From: an uncultured bacterium
GTDB lineage: Bacteria; Chlamydiota; Chlamydiia; Chlamydiales; SM23-39
Direction of reading: 5' to 3'
Length of the DNA: 64,000 nucleotides
Assembly (NCBI GenBank): GCA_963716985.1
Contig: OY970323.1
Coordinates: 1,457,942 to 1,521,941 of the forward strand
The position numbers were made by a program, and so were the translations under genes. The notes beneath the pieces were generated by a model. It ran no database searches and was not told where the DNA came from. It saw only the letters and a program-made list of their open reading frames with translations. This document shows, in pieces, positions 32,583 to 41,285 of this stretch (its first letter is position 1; each line of letters starts with the position of its first letter).

Positions 32583-32611
32583 TTGCATTAAAGTTTCTCT
32601 ATTTATATGAT
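32583..32611 (+). promoter_or_regulatory. Sigma66/70-type promoter for the cdaA operon
   Basis: TTGCAT-17 nt-TATGAT, 24 nt before the ATG. Confidence 0.65.
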
Positions 32612-32635
32612 AGGATGAGAAATGAGTAATTTTTC

Positions 32636-33442
32636 ATGAGCTTTTTTCAACTAATCGTTCCCTTTATAGAAATTGCGATTATCTCTATTGCCTTGAACTA
32701 TCTATTGTCTTTTTTTTGGCATACCAAGTCAATGGATCTCGTTTGGGGATTTTTTGCCTTCATCCTACTTTTTGCCCTCTCCGGATGGCTCCACTTGCCC
32801 GTTCTGCATAAGATCATGTTTTTAATTGCCAACACGGCAATGATTGCCGTGCTTATCATCTTTCAGCCCGAACTCCGCGTTGCCCTCTCTAAGCTTTCCT
32901 TGAAAGGCAAACGCTACAAAGAAATCACCGAGTTTGACAAATTTCTCGATAGCCTTGCCAACTCTACTTATCGTTTGGCTGAAAAAAAAACCGGAGCATT
33001 GATTGTTCTAGAAAATGAAGACTCCTTAGAAGAATATGCGCAAAAAGCAGTGATGCTTCATGCGGTTTTTTCTTCGGAATTATTAGAAACTATCTTTGCC
33101 TCCAACACTCCTCTCCATGACGGAGCTTTGATCATCCGAGAAAACATGGTTTTAGCTGCGGCTGTCATTCTGCCCCTGGCAGAAGATAGTTCACAGCTAA
33201 GCAAATCCATGGGCACACGCCATCGGGCAGCGCTGGGATTGAGCCATGCGACCGATGCTCTCGTGATCGTCATCTCCGAAGAAACGGGAAAGGTATCGAT
33301 CGCACGCGACGGAATTATAACTCGGGGTATAAAAATCGATCGATTTAAAGGCATTATTCGCAGCATTTTCAATCCACCGAATCGCGTACAAACAAAATTT
33401 CATTTGCGTGAATGGTTTCAACAGTCAACCGCCCCTCCCTAA
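32636..33442 (+). CDS. dacA: Diadenylate cyclase CdaA/DacA; last codons supplied by the inserted omegaRNA element
   Basis: Three TM helices; FQPELR, PLHDGA, GTRHRAALG, SEETG. Confidence 0.95.
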   Translation: MSFFQLIVPFIEIAIISIALNYLLSFFWHTKSMDLVWGFFAFILLFALSGWLHLPVLHKIMFLIANTAMIAVLIIFQPELRVALSKLSLKGKRYKEITEFDKFLDSLANSTYRLAEKKTGALIVLENEDSLEEYAQKAVMLHAVFSSELLETIFASNTPLHDGALIIRENMVLAAAVILPLAEDSSQLSKSMGTRHRAALGLSHATDALVIVISEETGKVSIARDGIITRGIKIDRFKGIIRSIFNPPNRVQTKFHLREWFQQSTAPP

Positions 33443-33705
33443 AGGGAGAGGTAGAATTAAGCCTGAAGTTGACCAGCTTTAGTCTTAAGGCAACTTGAGA
33501 CTACGTTAGGAGCGAATAGAATATATAGGCACCTTGGAATGCCGCCTCAGTTCCAAGCTCTGCGGTTAGCAGTTAAACCAAGCGTACAGGTTAAACCAGT
33601 GCTGTTAACATGGTAAACCGCTCCATAACTTTGGCGAGGGGAACGTTACCCGGGAAACCGGAGATTGCAGGTAACTGGTAGGGGGGAGCAATCCCCCCGC
33701 TTTTA
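33424..33705 (+). ncRNA. HEARO / IscB omegaRNA scaffold (3' end approximate; the guide would be the flanking ~33404-33423)
   Basis: Conserved blocks in order: GTCAAC..GTTGACCAG, ACTACGTT, GGCAC-TTGGAATGC...AGTTCCAAG-CTCTGCGG, TTAAAC, CAGTG, AAACC, TAACTTTGGCGAGG..AC.TTAC. Confidence 0.85.
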
Positions 33706-33776
33706 AGTTTAACAATAAAGGAGCAGCGCTTCCCCCCACCCCTAAAGGGATGGGTTTTTCGCGCTGTTAAAATAGG
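33424..33776 (+). mobile_element. Non-autonomous IscB-type IS200/605 element (omegaRNA only, no iscB ORF), 353 bp
   Basis: Starts GTCAACCGCCCCTCCCTAAAGGGAGAGG; second end hairpin CCCACCCCTAAAGGGATGGG; no TSD. Excision restores CAA-TGA/ATG overlap of cdaA and cdaR. Confidence 0.88.
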
Positions 33777-34991
33777 ATGAAAGATCTTCTCAAAAGAGTC
33801 TTTTTTGAACATTGGCAAAGGAAAACCATTTCTCTCTTCTTGGCTGTGATTACGTGGTTTCTCGTCCATCATTCTATGACATCGACCAAAACATTGACCG
33901 AGATCCAGGTGAAAGTCATCAATCTGCCCCCAAACAAAACAATTGAAGGGCTGAGCCAAAGTAATATCATGAACAATCGCATCTCCCTCACCTTGATGGG
34001 CAGCAAAAATGCGATCGATGAACTAACTGCCAAGGATCTGGAGGTCATTATTGACGCTTCGAATAAAGGAGAAGAATGGATTGCGTCCATCTCTAAGAAA
34101 AATCTCATTTGCTTCAATCCCGATATTGACATCATGCAGAGTATTCATCGAGTGGACCATGAAGATTTCTTCATCAAACTCTCGCCGCTCGCAACATCTA
34201 AGATCCCCGTCTATCTCACACCGCCAGAAGGAGAACCACCGCTGGGATATGAATTTTTGAATGTTTGGCCAAACGAGCTCTTTATCACCCTTAGCGGTCC
34301 GGAAAAAACCATCCAAGAACTAAAAAATCTAGGGATTTCTTTGGCCTTCAATTTGGATAATGTGTCCAGGCAAGAATTGAACGCTCTTCGCAAGGATAAT
34401 CCCCACGAAGTCATCAGCTATTCGGTCCCCGCTTCCTGGAAACTTATCGATATCCATTCCATTTCACCGACCCCCCTCCCAATCGACGATCCCAATAGCT
34501 CGCAACTTCGCATCAATTTTGTTCAAAAGGAGATGTTTCCCCTTGGCGTTCCTCTTCCGATCCATCTTTTTTGCGCCGCCACAACTCTTTCTTCTTCCGA
34601 TTCCCCCATAAATCTTAGCGAAAACAAAGGCGTGGTCGAAGAAAAAAATGGTGTCTTTTTCTACACCGCTCCACTTTTTGTCCGCGGCGTGAACCGTTCT
34701 CTTCTCGAGTTCATTAAAAATCGACTCGAACTTATTATTTTTCCCTCCTCCGGAACGTTTCGTTGGAGCATCGAACTGCAAGGCATCGAAGAGCTTGCGG
34801 AAGAGTATGCCGGGCAAGAAGAAAAAAAGCAGCTCCCTAACAATGCCTGTCCGGAAGAGTATTATATAGACCAATTTCAAAAATATTTGCGCCTGATCCG
34901 CTTCTACCAATCCGATGAGGAAGAATTACAACTGCGAATCGAATGCAAAGACAAAAAGATTCTCGTCACTCCTAAAAAAGCACATTCCTAA
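33777..34991 (+). CDS. CdaR/YbbR-like membrane-anchored protein
   Basis: N-terminal WQRKTISLFLAVITW anchor, YbbR-like beta repeats, position after cdaA. Confidence 0.75.
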   Translation: MKDLLKRVFFEHWQRKTISLFLAVITWFLVHHSMTSTKTLTEIQVKVINLPPNKTIEGLSQSNIMNNRISLTLMGSKNAIDELTAKDLEVIIDASNKGEEWIASISKKNLICFNPDIDIMQSIHRVDHEDFFIKLSPLATSKIPVYLTPPEGEPPLGYEFLNVWPNELFITLSGPEKTIQELKNLGISLAFNLDNVSRQELNALRKDNPHEVISYSVPASWKLIDIHSISPTPLPIDDPNSSQLRINFVQKEMFPLGVPLPIHLFCAATTLSSSDSPINLSENKGVVEEKNGVFFYTAPLFVRGVNRSLLEFIKNRLELIIFPSSGTFRWSIELQGIEELAEEYAGQEEKKQLPNNACPEEYYIDQFQKYLRLIRFYQSDEEELQLRIECKDKKILVTPKKAHS

Positions 34992-36134
34992 ATGGCCAAT
35001 CATATTGTTCTTTTAAAGAGCAACTTTCACAAAAAAGGCGGACTCGAAAAATATTCTTGGAGAACTGCCAAAGCCTTTGCGGCAAAAGGAATGATTGTCG
35101 ACATTCTCACCACAGGGAAGAAAGAAGAATTTCCTTCGGATGAGCAGATCTCCTTCCATGCCTTTCAAACATGCCGCTGGCCGGGGTTTCGGCGCATAGA
35201 ACAATATGATCGATTTTGCAAGAAATGGATTCATGACCACCCCTCCTCTCTGATCTTTGGCATGGACCGCAACCGCATGCAAACCCATCTGCGGGCCGGC
35301 AATGGAGTGCACATCTCCTATCTCCGCCATCGATACCAGTTTGAAGGTCCTTGGAAAAAGCTAAGCATCTCCTTAAATCCTTTGCATAGAACCATTTTAA
35401 AAATTGAAAAAGAGTCTTTTGAAAACCCGTGCCTACAAAAACTCATTACGAACTCTTCCATGGTGAAGGAAGAGATCTTACGCTATTATTCTATCGACGA
35501 AAAAAAAATCTTCGTCATTCATAACGGAGTGGAATGGCTTGAGAAAGAGAAGGATTTTCTTCAGTGGCCAGACAAAAAAAAACTCGTAGCCCAAAAGCTG
35601 CAACTCGACCCGGATGTCTTTCATTTTCTATTCATCGGCCACGGATATCTTCGAAAAGGATTAAAACCGCTCCTCCTCGCTCTTTCTCTACTGCCTCGAC
35701 GGGATTTTCATTTATCCATCATCGGGAAAGAAAAAAAAATAAAGGATTTCATTGCGCTTGCAAAAAAACTCCATCTGGAAAAAAACGTGAGTTTTTTTGG
35801 TCCGTTAGAAGAAATTCTGCCTTTTTATCAGCTCGCCGACTGTCTGATAATCCCTTCTTTTTATGATCCTTTTGCCAACGTCACCGTGGAAGCTCTTTCT
35901 ATGGGAATATTCGTCGTCTCCTCTAAAACCAACGGAGGCCATGAAATCCTGACTCCAGAAAATGGCATCGTTATCGACGACAATTTCGACCCATACTCCA
36001 TAAAAAAATCTCTTCTTTTAGCAATGGATCGTCCAAAAACGCAAAAGAGGGCTGCAGACATTCGCTTGTCAATCCAACACCTCGATTTTTCAAAACAGCT
36101 CGAACTTTTGATACAAACGACGCTAACTTCATGA
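34992..36134 (+). CDS. GT4 glycosyltransferase (WaaG/RfaG-like)
   Basis: GGLEKY, IHNGV, PSFYDPFANVTVEALSMG. Confidence 0.88.
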   Translation: MANHIVLLKSNFHKKGGLEKYSWRTAKAFAAKGMIVDILTTGKKEEFPSDEQISFHAFQTCRWPGFRRIEQYDRFCKKWIHDHPSSLIFGMDRNRMQTHLRAGNGVHISYLRHRYQFEGPWKKLSISLNPLHRTILKIEKESFENPCLQKLITNSSMVKEEILRYYSIDEKKIFVIHNGVEWLEKEKDFLQWPDKKKLVAQKLQLDPDVFHFLFIGHGYLRKGLKPLLLALSLLPRRDFHLSIIGKEKKIKDFIALAKKLHLEKNVSFFGPLEEILPFYQLADCLIIPSFYDPFANVTVEALSMGIFVVSSKTNGGHEILTPENGIVIDDNFDPYSIKKSLLLAMDRPKTQKRAADIRLSIQHLDFSKQLELLIQTTLTS

Positions 36135-37441
36135 ACCGAGACCTTTTTTTCTATTCTCTCACTCGCATTCTTACGTTCCCCATTCGATGGATGCCCTACT
36201 CCTTCATCCATCTTCTCGGCAGGTGGGTAGGAATGCTTGCCTTTTACTTTCTTAAGAGCTATCGGAAACGTGCGCTTAGCAATCTTGCTCTGGCCACCGA
36301 TCTTCATTTGAAAACAGAGGAGCTATTTTCTATTGCAAAAGGATCCTTTCAAAATCTGGCGATCAACGTTCTTGAATATCCCCGCTTGGCAAGAGAAAAA
36401 AAATTTTCTCGGATCGTTCAATGTGAAAATCCGCATATGGCCGACGATCTTTATCGAAAGGGGCAGGGCATCATTTTTTTCTGCGGACATCAATCTAATT
36501 GGGAAGTTCTTTTTTTAGACGGGACGACGCGAATGAAGGGAATTGCCATCGGAAAACCCATCAAAAACAAAAAGCTTTATCAATGGATCGTGGATATTCG
36601 CGAAAAGAACGGCGGAAGGATCATCGTTCCCCGCAATGCACTGCGCGAAGGGCTTCGCTCTCTCAGAAAGGGAATTTTTATGGGCATTGTCGGAGATCAG
36701 GGAATGCCCGACAGCGGATACTCTTTCCCTTTCTTGGGAAGAAGAGCCTGGACCTCTACCGCACCGGCGCTTCTTTCCTATAAAACAAACTCCCCTATTA
36801 TCGTTGCAACTACCCGCAGAACTAAGGAGGGCTATCGCATCAATTACAGCAACCCCATCTTTCCGGAGCTCTCGGTGCCTATGGAAGAAGAGATCATCCG
36901 TCTCATGAATCATTCCCTCTCTCTCTTGCAAGAAAGCATCAAAAAAAGCCCTGAAGAATGGCTCTGGCAACACAATCGCTGGAAACAGCAGACCCCCAAA
37001 ATCCTTTATAAAAAATTTCGCCATGATTGTATCGCAATGATCCTTCCTCCTCAAAAAGAGGATGTAGAAAAGATCTTGCCCCATCTAAAAACCCTGAAAA
37101 AAATCTATCCGCAAGATTTTATCTTCCTCATGATTCCGGAGTCGCTCAAAAACACTCCCTTGATCGAAGCAGATGAAACCTTTACCTATCGCGACATCGA
37201 AGAGACGCTGCGTTTTGACTATCGCTTCAAGATGGTTTTCAATTTCACCTCTTACAAAAAAGTGAAAAAGCATTATAAAAAGCTCAGTGCGTTTGAAGTG
37301 CTCTCTTTAGAAGATTTTCAAAGGCTCGCTCGCCCCTATTTAGGAGCAGAAAAACCCTTTGATCTTTCGGAGGTTTTTATCTATGCCCTATGCCGTCCGG
37401 CCGCGATCCCGATATTGAAGGAATCTCTTTATGCCCCATGA
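36131..37441 (+). CDS. Lipid A late acyltransferase (LpxL/HtrB family) with C-terminal extension
   Basis: GHQSNWE (H-x4-E), VGDQ, PEEWLWQHNRWK, then ~130 extra residues. Confidence 0.85.
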   Translation: MNRDLFFYSLTRILTFPIRWMPYSFIHLLGRWVGMLAFYFLKSYRKRALSNLALATDLHLKTEELFSIAKGSFQNLAINVLEYPRLAREKKFSRIVQCENPHMADDLYRKGQGIIFFCGHQSNWEVLFLDGTTRMKGIAIGKPIKNKKLYQWIVDIREKNGGRIIVPRNALREGLRSLRKGIFMGIVGDQGMPDSGYSFPFLGRRAWTSTAPALLSYKTNSPIIVATTRRTKEGYRINYSNPIFPELSVPMEEEIIRLMNHSLSLLQESIKKSPEEWLWQHNRWKQQTPKILYKKFRHDCIAMILPPQKEDVEKILPHLKTLKKIYPQDFIFLMIPESLKNTPLIEADETFTYRDIEETLRFDYRFKMVFNFTSYKKVKKHYKKLSAFEVLSLEDFQRLARPYLGAEKPFDLSEVFIYALCRPAAIPILKESLYAP

Positions 37442-38150
37442 TCGTTTTTTTTCCGAAGAGAGTCTCAGGGTCCACCAAACGATCACCCTATCCGGCAGCG
37501 AGCTGCACCATCTGCAGCATGTCATGAGAAAAAAAACAAACGACCTGGTTGAAATGATCAACGGAAGAGGAGAGCTTGCGAAAGCCAAGGTGCGCTCCAT
37601 TGCATCCAAAGAAGCCCTTTTAGACATACTCGATGTTGCAACTGAGCAAAAGCCGCCCCCATCTCTTTATCTGGCCCAAAGCTGGATCCACCCGACAAGG
37701 CTCGATTGGGTCTTGGAAAAGGGATGCGAGCTTGGGGTCACAGCGTTTTTCCTCCTCTCCACCGACAATTCCACAGCGCCTCATCTGAATGAATCCAAAC
37801 AAGAACGCATGAGAACTCTTCTCATCTCCGCACTCAAACAATGCGGACGGCTTGATCTGCCCCGAATTTCCATTCAAACAAACCTATCTTTTCTCTCTTC
37901 TCTGTCAGCCACCCTTCTCTTTGGAGATATTCGAGAAAATGCCCATCTTTTGAAGGATTACCTCTCCTCCCACCCCTTAGAAAGACCGCCCTGTCTCCTC
38001 ATCGGCCCCGAAAAGGGCTTTTCATCCAATGAGATCGCCTTATTAGAAGAAAAGATGCATGCAACCGGCGTCCGCCTTCACTCCAACATTCTTCGCAGTG
38101 AAACGGCTGCCCTTATGGGCCTTTCTCTACTCGCACACCAGCTCGCTTAA
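37431..38150 (+). CDS. rsmE: 16S rRNA m3U1498 methyltransferase
   Basis: HHLQHVMRK, EKGCELGV, KQCGR, IGPEKGFS, ILRSETAA. Confidence 0.93.
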   Translation: MPHDRFFSEESLRVHQTITLSGSELHHLQHVMRKKTNDLVEMINGRGELAKAKVRSIASKEALLDILDVATEQKPPPSLYLAQSWIHPTRLDWVLEKGCELGVTAFFLLSTDNSTAPHLNESKQERMRTLLISALKQCGRLDLPRISIQTNLSFLSSLSATLLFGDIRENAHLLKDYLSSHPLERPPCLLIGPEKGFSSNEIALLEEKMHATGVRLHSNILRSETAALMGLSLLAHQLA

Positions 38151-38213
38151 GAATTCTTTATCTCGGCAAGACGTGATTAGAGATTCCTTAAGAACTTGGG
38201 TCAGCCAAAAGGA

Positions 38214-39320
38214 TTAAAAATCAAACCCCAAGCCGAAATTTGCTCCGTAAAGAATCCAGGCTTCAGAGAAAATAGAACCAGCCCCGAAAGCGCCTGCCAA
38301 CCCATCATCCGTCTGATCCCACCAATAATTTGCTTCCCAAGAGACGTCCAAAGAAACGGCTCTTTTGTCATGATCAAACCATTTCTTCCACTGAAGGCCC
38401 AAAAGCAGCTGCAAAGAAGTTTTGAGATCGTAGAAAGCATCTCTGAATTCAAAATTGAAGGCAGGGCCTGTTTGGGTAGTAGAGAAAGTGACGTTTTGAC
38501 CCACGTCCTGCTTCAAACTCACTCTTCCACATAAAAGCGATGCGGCAAGAGTGCCAAACAGATCAAGGCCGCTTTTTCCCAATCGAAAATAGGCAGTCGA
38601 TCCGACAAGAGGACCCAAACCCCAAAAATGATGGTGAATCACATTGGTAGCATCGGGAGAAATTCCGCTCATTCCAACAGGCAAACCGCCGTCCAAGTGA
38701 TTTCGGTATCCATTTCTGAGCAGCAGGCATCGAGCTGCTATAAAAGGCTTGTATGTGAAGTAATTGAGCAGGCTGAGATTGGTTGAGAGCTCCAGATCCA
38801 AAGTGTTGTAATTGATATGGGACGCAGAAGAATAGGTTGTGCCGAAAAGGTCAAAAAACGGATCTTCTATCCCTGCCTGCTTTGCAATGGCAGAGGTTGA
38901 TCTGTTATGATAATAGGTCCACAGAAAACTTATGTTCCAATCCAAAGGAGTTGAAAATCCCACTTCCATGCGGATGCCGGGTTTCCATTTAGGTTCCCCT
39001 CGAACTCCCTTAATTCCCACATTTCTTGGATTCGACATGATATCGTCTACACCAGCAAATCCCCAATCATTGCCTTGCCCTCTCCAACAGAGAAAGTCTA
39101 CGTTCAAATAGCCGCAATGAGAGTTTCTCGTTCCTCGACTCTTTTTCAATTCTTGAATCGCGTCTTCCGCCTTTCGAAGACGCGTTGAAGTAGAAAGCGT
39201 CATTCCAAGCGATGCTTTTTCATCGGATTGGAACATCGAAATTTCCCTCATCTCTTCCGAGGAAAAAAGTTCTCCCGACAAACTCAAAGCAATCAGTAAT
39301 AAACATGCAAAAAACTTCAT
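38214..39320 (-). CDS. MOMP-like / Lpg1974-family outer-membrane porin
   Basis: Signal peptide, WKPGIRMEVG, FWGLGPLVG, WEANYWWDQ, terminal GFDF. Confidence 0.75.
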   Translation of the reverse strand: MKFFACLLLIALSLSGELFSSEEMREISMFQSDEKASLGMTLSTSTRLRKAEDAIQELKKSRGTRNSHCGYLNVDFLCWRGQGNDWGFAGVDDIMSNPRNVGIKGVRGEPKWKPGIRMEVGFSTPLDWNISFLWTYYHNRSTSAIAKQAGIEDPFFDLFGTTYSSASHINYNTLDLELSTNLSLLNYFTYKPFIAARCLLLRNGYRNHLDGGLPVGMSGISPDATNVIHHHFWGLGPLVGSTAYFRLGKSGLDLFGTLAASLLCGRVSLKQDVGQNVTFSTTQTGPAFNFEFRDAFYDLKTSLQLLLGLQWKKWFDHDKRAVSLDVSWEANYWWDQTDDGLAGAFGAGSIFSEAWILYGANFGLGFDF

Positions 39321-39566
39321 AGAATTTTTCCTTCAGTTTTAGGAATCCGCATTTTTCAAATAACTCTTTCACTTCATACATCCAAAAACAAGATAAAATC
39401 TACAAAAAAAAAGATCCGCTTCAAAAACATGCTGCCATGAACACGAGTGAAAAACCTGATCATTTTGCTGCACAAGTTTTCAACCATTTAATGTTGGGAC
39501 ACGTAACAAAAATGTGGGTAACGATCAGGCGAAAAACAGTGCGATATGGCCCATTATGTTTGGAAG

Positions 39567-41218
39567 TGTTAGCGTTTTATTGAAATGTCCTCTTTTTGCG
39601 TTTTATTGAAATGTCCGCATTTAGAGGAATAGCAACATTGTTACTTCTTTATAAGAATAATTTTAACATTTCTTTATTAAAAAATCCAGGTCTTTTCAAG
39701 GGGAGAGCGCGAGAGGGTTTCCCTCTCGCCTCCCTCTTTAAATGATTATCTAGAGCCCAACCGAAGGGCGGGAGCAAAGGTGCTCGGCAATTTCCCCTCC
39801 TCCCTTATTCAAACTGAGGGACTCTTTTAGCAAGCGAGCTTATGTTTATTTGAAAAGCCTCTGGGTCCTCGCTTCCAAGGATGTCGACGACTTGGGCGAT
39901 AACGGCAGCGCTCTTTTCGTTCAGCCAACTTCACTATCAATTCTTTTGCACTAACCACTTCTGTTTGTGCTTGCATTTTGTGGTGTGGTACTGCTGTGAG
40001 TTGTTTACCTCGATATTCGATGAAAACAACTCCGTCTTTTGTCTCCAAAACGGTAACCTCGGCATTTCTCAGAACGTATTCGTGACAAGGTGCTATCACT
40101 TGATAAATCACATTGTCGTATTGTAGAGTTAGATTTTTGGACAATCTGCGATTGGCCTTGAGGCAAAATATCTTGTCTAGGTTGTATGAGGGTAATAAGG
40201 GTTTATGCGCGTTGCTCGGATCTTTCGGTGCTTTGGCGAATTTTTGATTAAACTTGAGTAGAAATGATGGTAAAAATGCATTTGCAGCCTCGATGTCGCA
40301 GATCTTGGCTATACGCATCGCTTTGATCAATCGATTCTGAAAGTCCCGATTGCGCCTTTCAACGCGCCCTTTTGCCTGTGGTGAATTGGCGCAGATCAGT
40401 GTTATGTCCAGCTCTTCCATGGCTCTGCCGAATTGAGTTCTTCCATCTCCAGTTAAAGCGCCTTCATGGTTCACTCGAAAAACACTATGTTTGTCCGGAT
40501 AAAACGCCTCTGGTCTACCATGCTTTTCAATGTATTCTCGGGTTGCCTGGAAGTAGTCAAATGTATTTTCAGATTTCACAAATTTCAAATGCATTGTCTT
40601 ACTCGTTGCATCATCGATGAATACCAGGAGAGTGCATCGCGGTCCCCGGCCTTCGAACCAGTCGTGCTCCGAGCCGTCGAGCTGAATGAGCTCGCCCATT
40701 TTTGATCGTCTCTGTCTCAATGGATGTACTTTCAATTCCCGGATTTCATTTGGATGCCACAGGCCATTTTCGATCATCACTCTACGCACTGCGCTAACCG
40801 AAAATTTCGCCGCTCCGCTTTCAATCAAATACTCATGGGCCAGGGTGGGACCAAAATCGCGATGGTCTTCCTGCTTGAAGAACTCTAAAATTTGAGCCTT
40901 TTTTTCTTGAGAAAGCCGGCGATTGCCTGGAACTCCCACTTTCCTGGAAACGATCCCTTTTGGGCCTTCAACCCTCAATCTCTTCAATAAACGCCTAAAC
41001 TGCCTGGGACTTATTCCTAAACTCCGGGCGCCTTTTGATTGCTTTAACCGGCCTTCTTTGACAGCTGTAAAAACTTCTAATCTCGTTAATTCCCTGAAAC
41101 TCATTGACATACGCTCCTCCATTTGATCGCCTCCTCATTGGTAATCAACAACTTGTGATTACCAGAAAGAGGACATTTCTAAAAAACGGAAAGCGGACAT
41201 TTTAAAAAAACGCTAATA
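39567..41218 (-). mobile_element. IS1202-family (formerly ISNCY) element, 1652 bp, with a long target duplication
   Basis: 24-bp TIRs TGTTAGCGTTTTATTGAAATGTCC / TATTAGCGTTTTTTTAAAATGTCC; subterminal repeats at both ends. 15-bp direct repeat CATTATGTTTGGAAG at 39552-39566 and 41219-41233. Confidence 0.85.
39827..41122 (-). CDS. IS1202/ISNCY DDE transposase, 431 aa
   Basis: GELIQLDGSEHDWFEGR, IDDATS, YPDKHSVF, SPQAKGRVER. Confidence 0.92.
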   Translation of the reverse strand: MEERMSMSFRELTRLEVFTAVKEGRLKQSKGARSLGISPRQFRRLLKRLRVEGPKGIVSRKVGVPGNRRLSQEKKAQILEFFKQEDHRDFGPTLAHEYLIESGAAKFSVSAVRRVMIENGLWHPNEIRELKVHPLRQRRSKMGELIQLDGSEHDWFEGRGPRCTLLVFIDDATSKTMHLKFVKSENTFDYFQATREYIEKHGRPEAFYPDKHSVFRVNHEGALTGDGRTQFGRAMEELDITLICANSPQAKGRVERRNRDFQNRLIKAMRIAKICDIEAANAFLPSFLLKFNQKFAKAPKDPSNAHKPLLPSYNLDKIFCLKANRRLSKNLTLQYDNVIYQVIAPCHEYVLRNAEVTVLETKDGVVFIEYRGKQLTAVPHHKMQAQTEVVSAKELIVKLAERKERCRYRPSRRHPWKRGPRGFSNKHKLAC

Positions 41219-41285
41219 CATTATGTTTGGAAGTGACAAGAAATCAAAAAAAAAGTTATACGGGAAAGAGATCGCGAAGTTGCTT

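Noticed and set aside
36131-37441. C-terminal extension on the lipid A acyltransferase
   Set aside because: No recognisable catalytic motif; cannot claim a second function from sequence alone.
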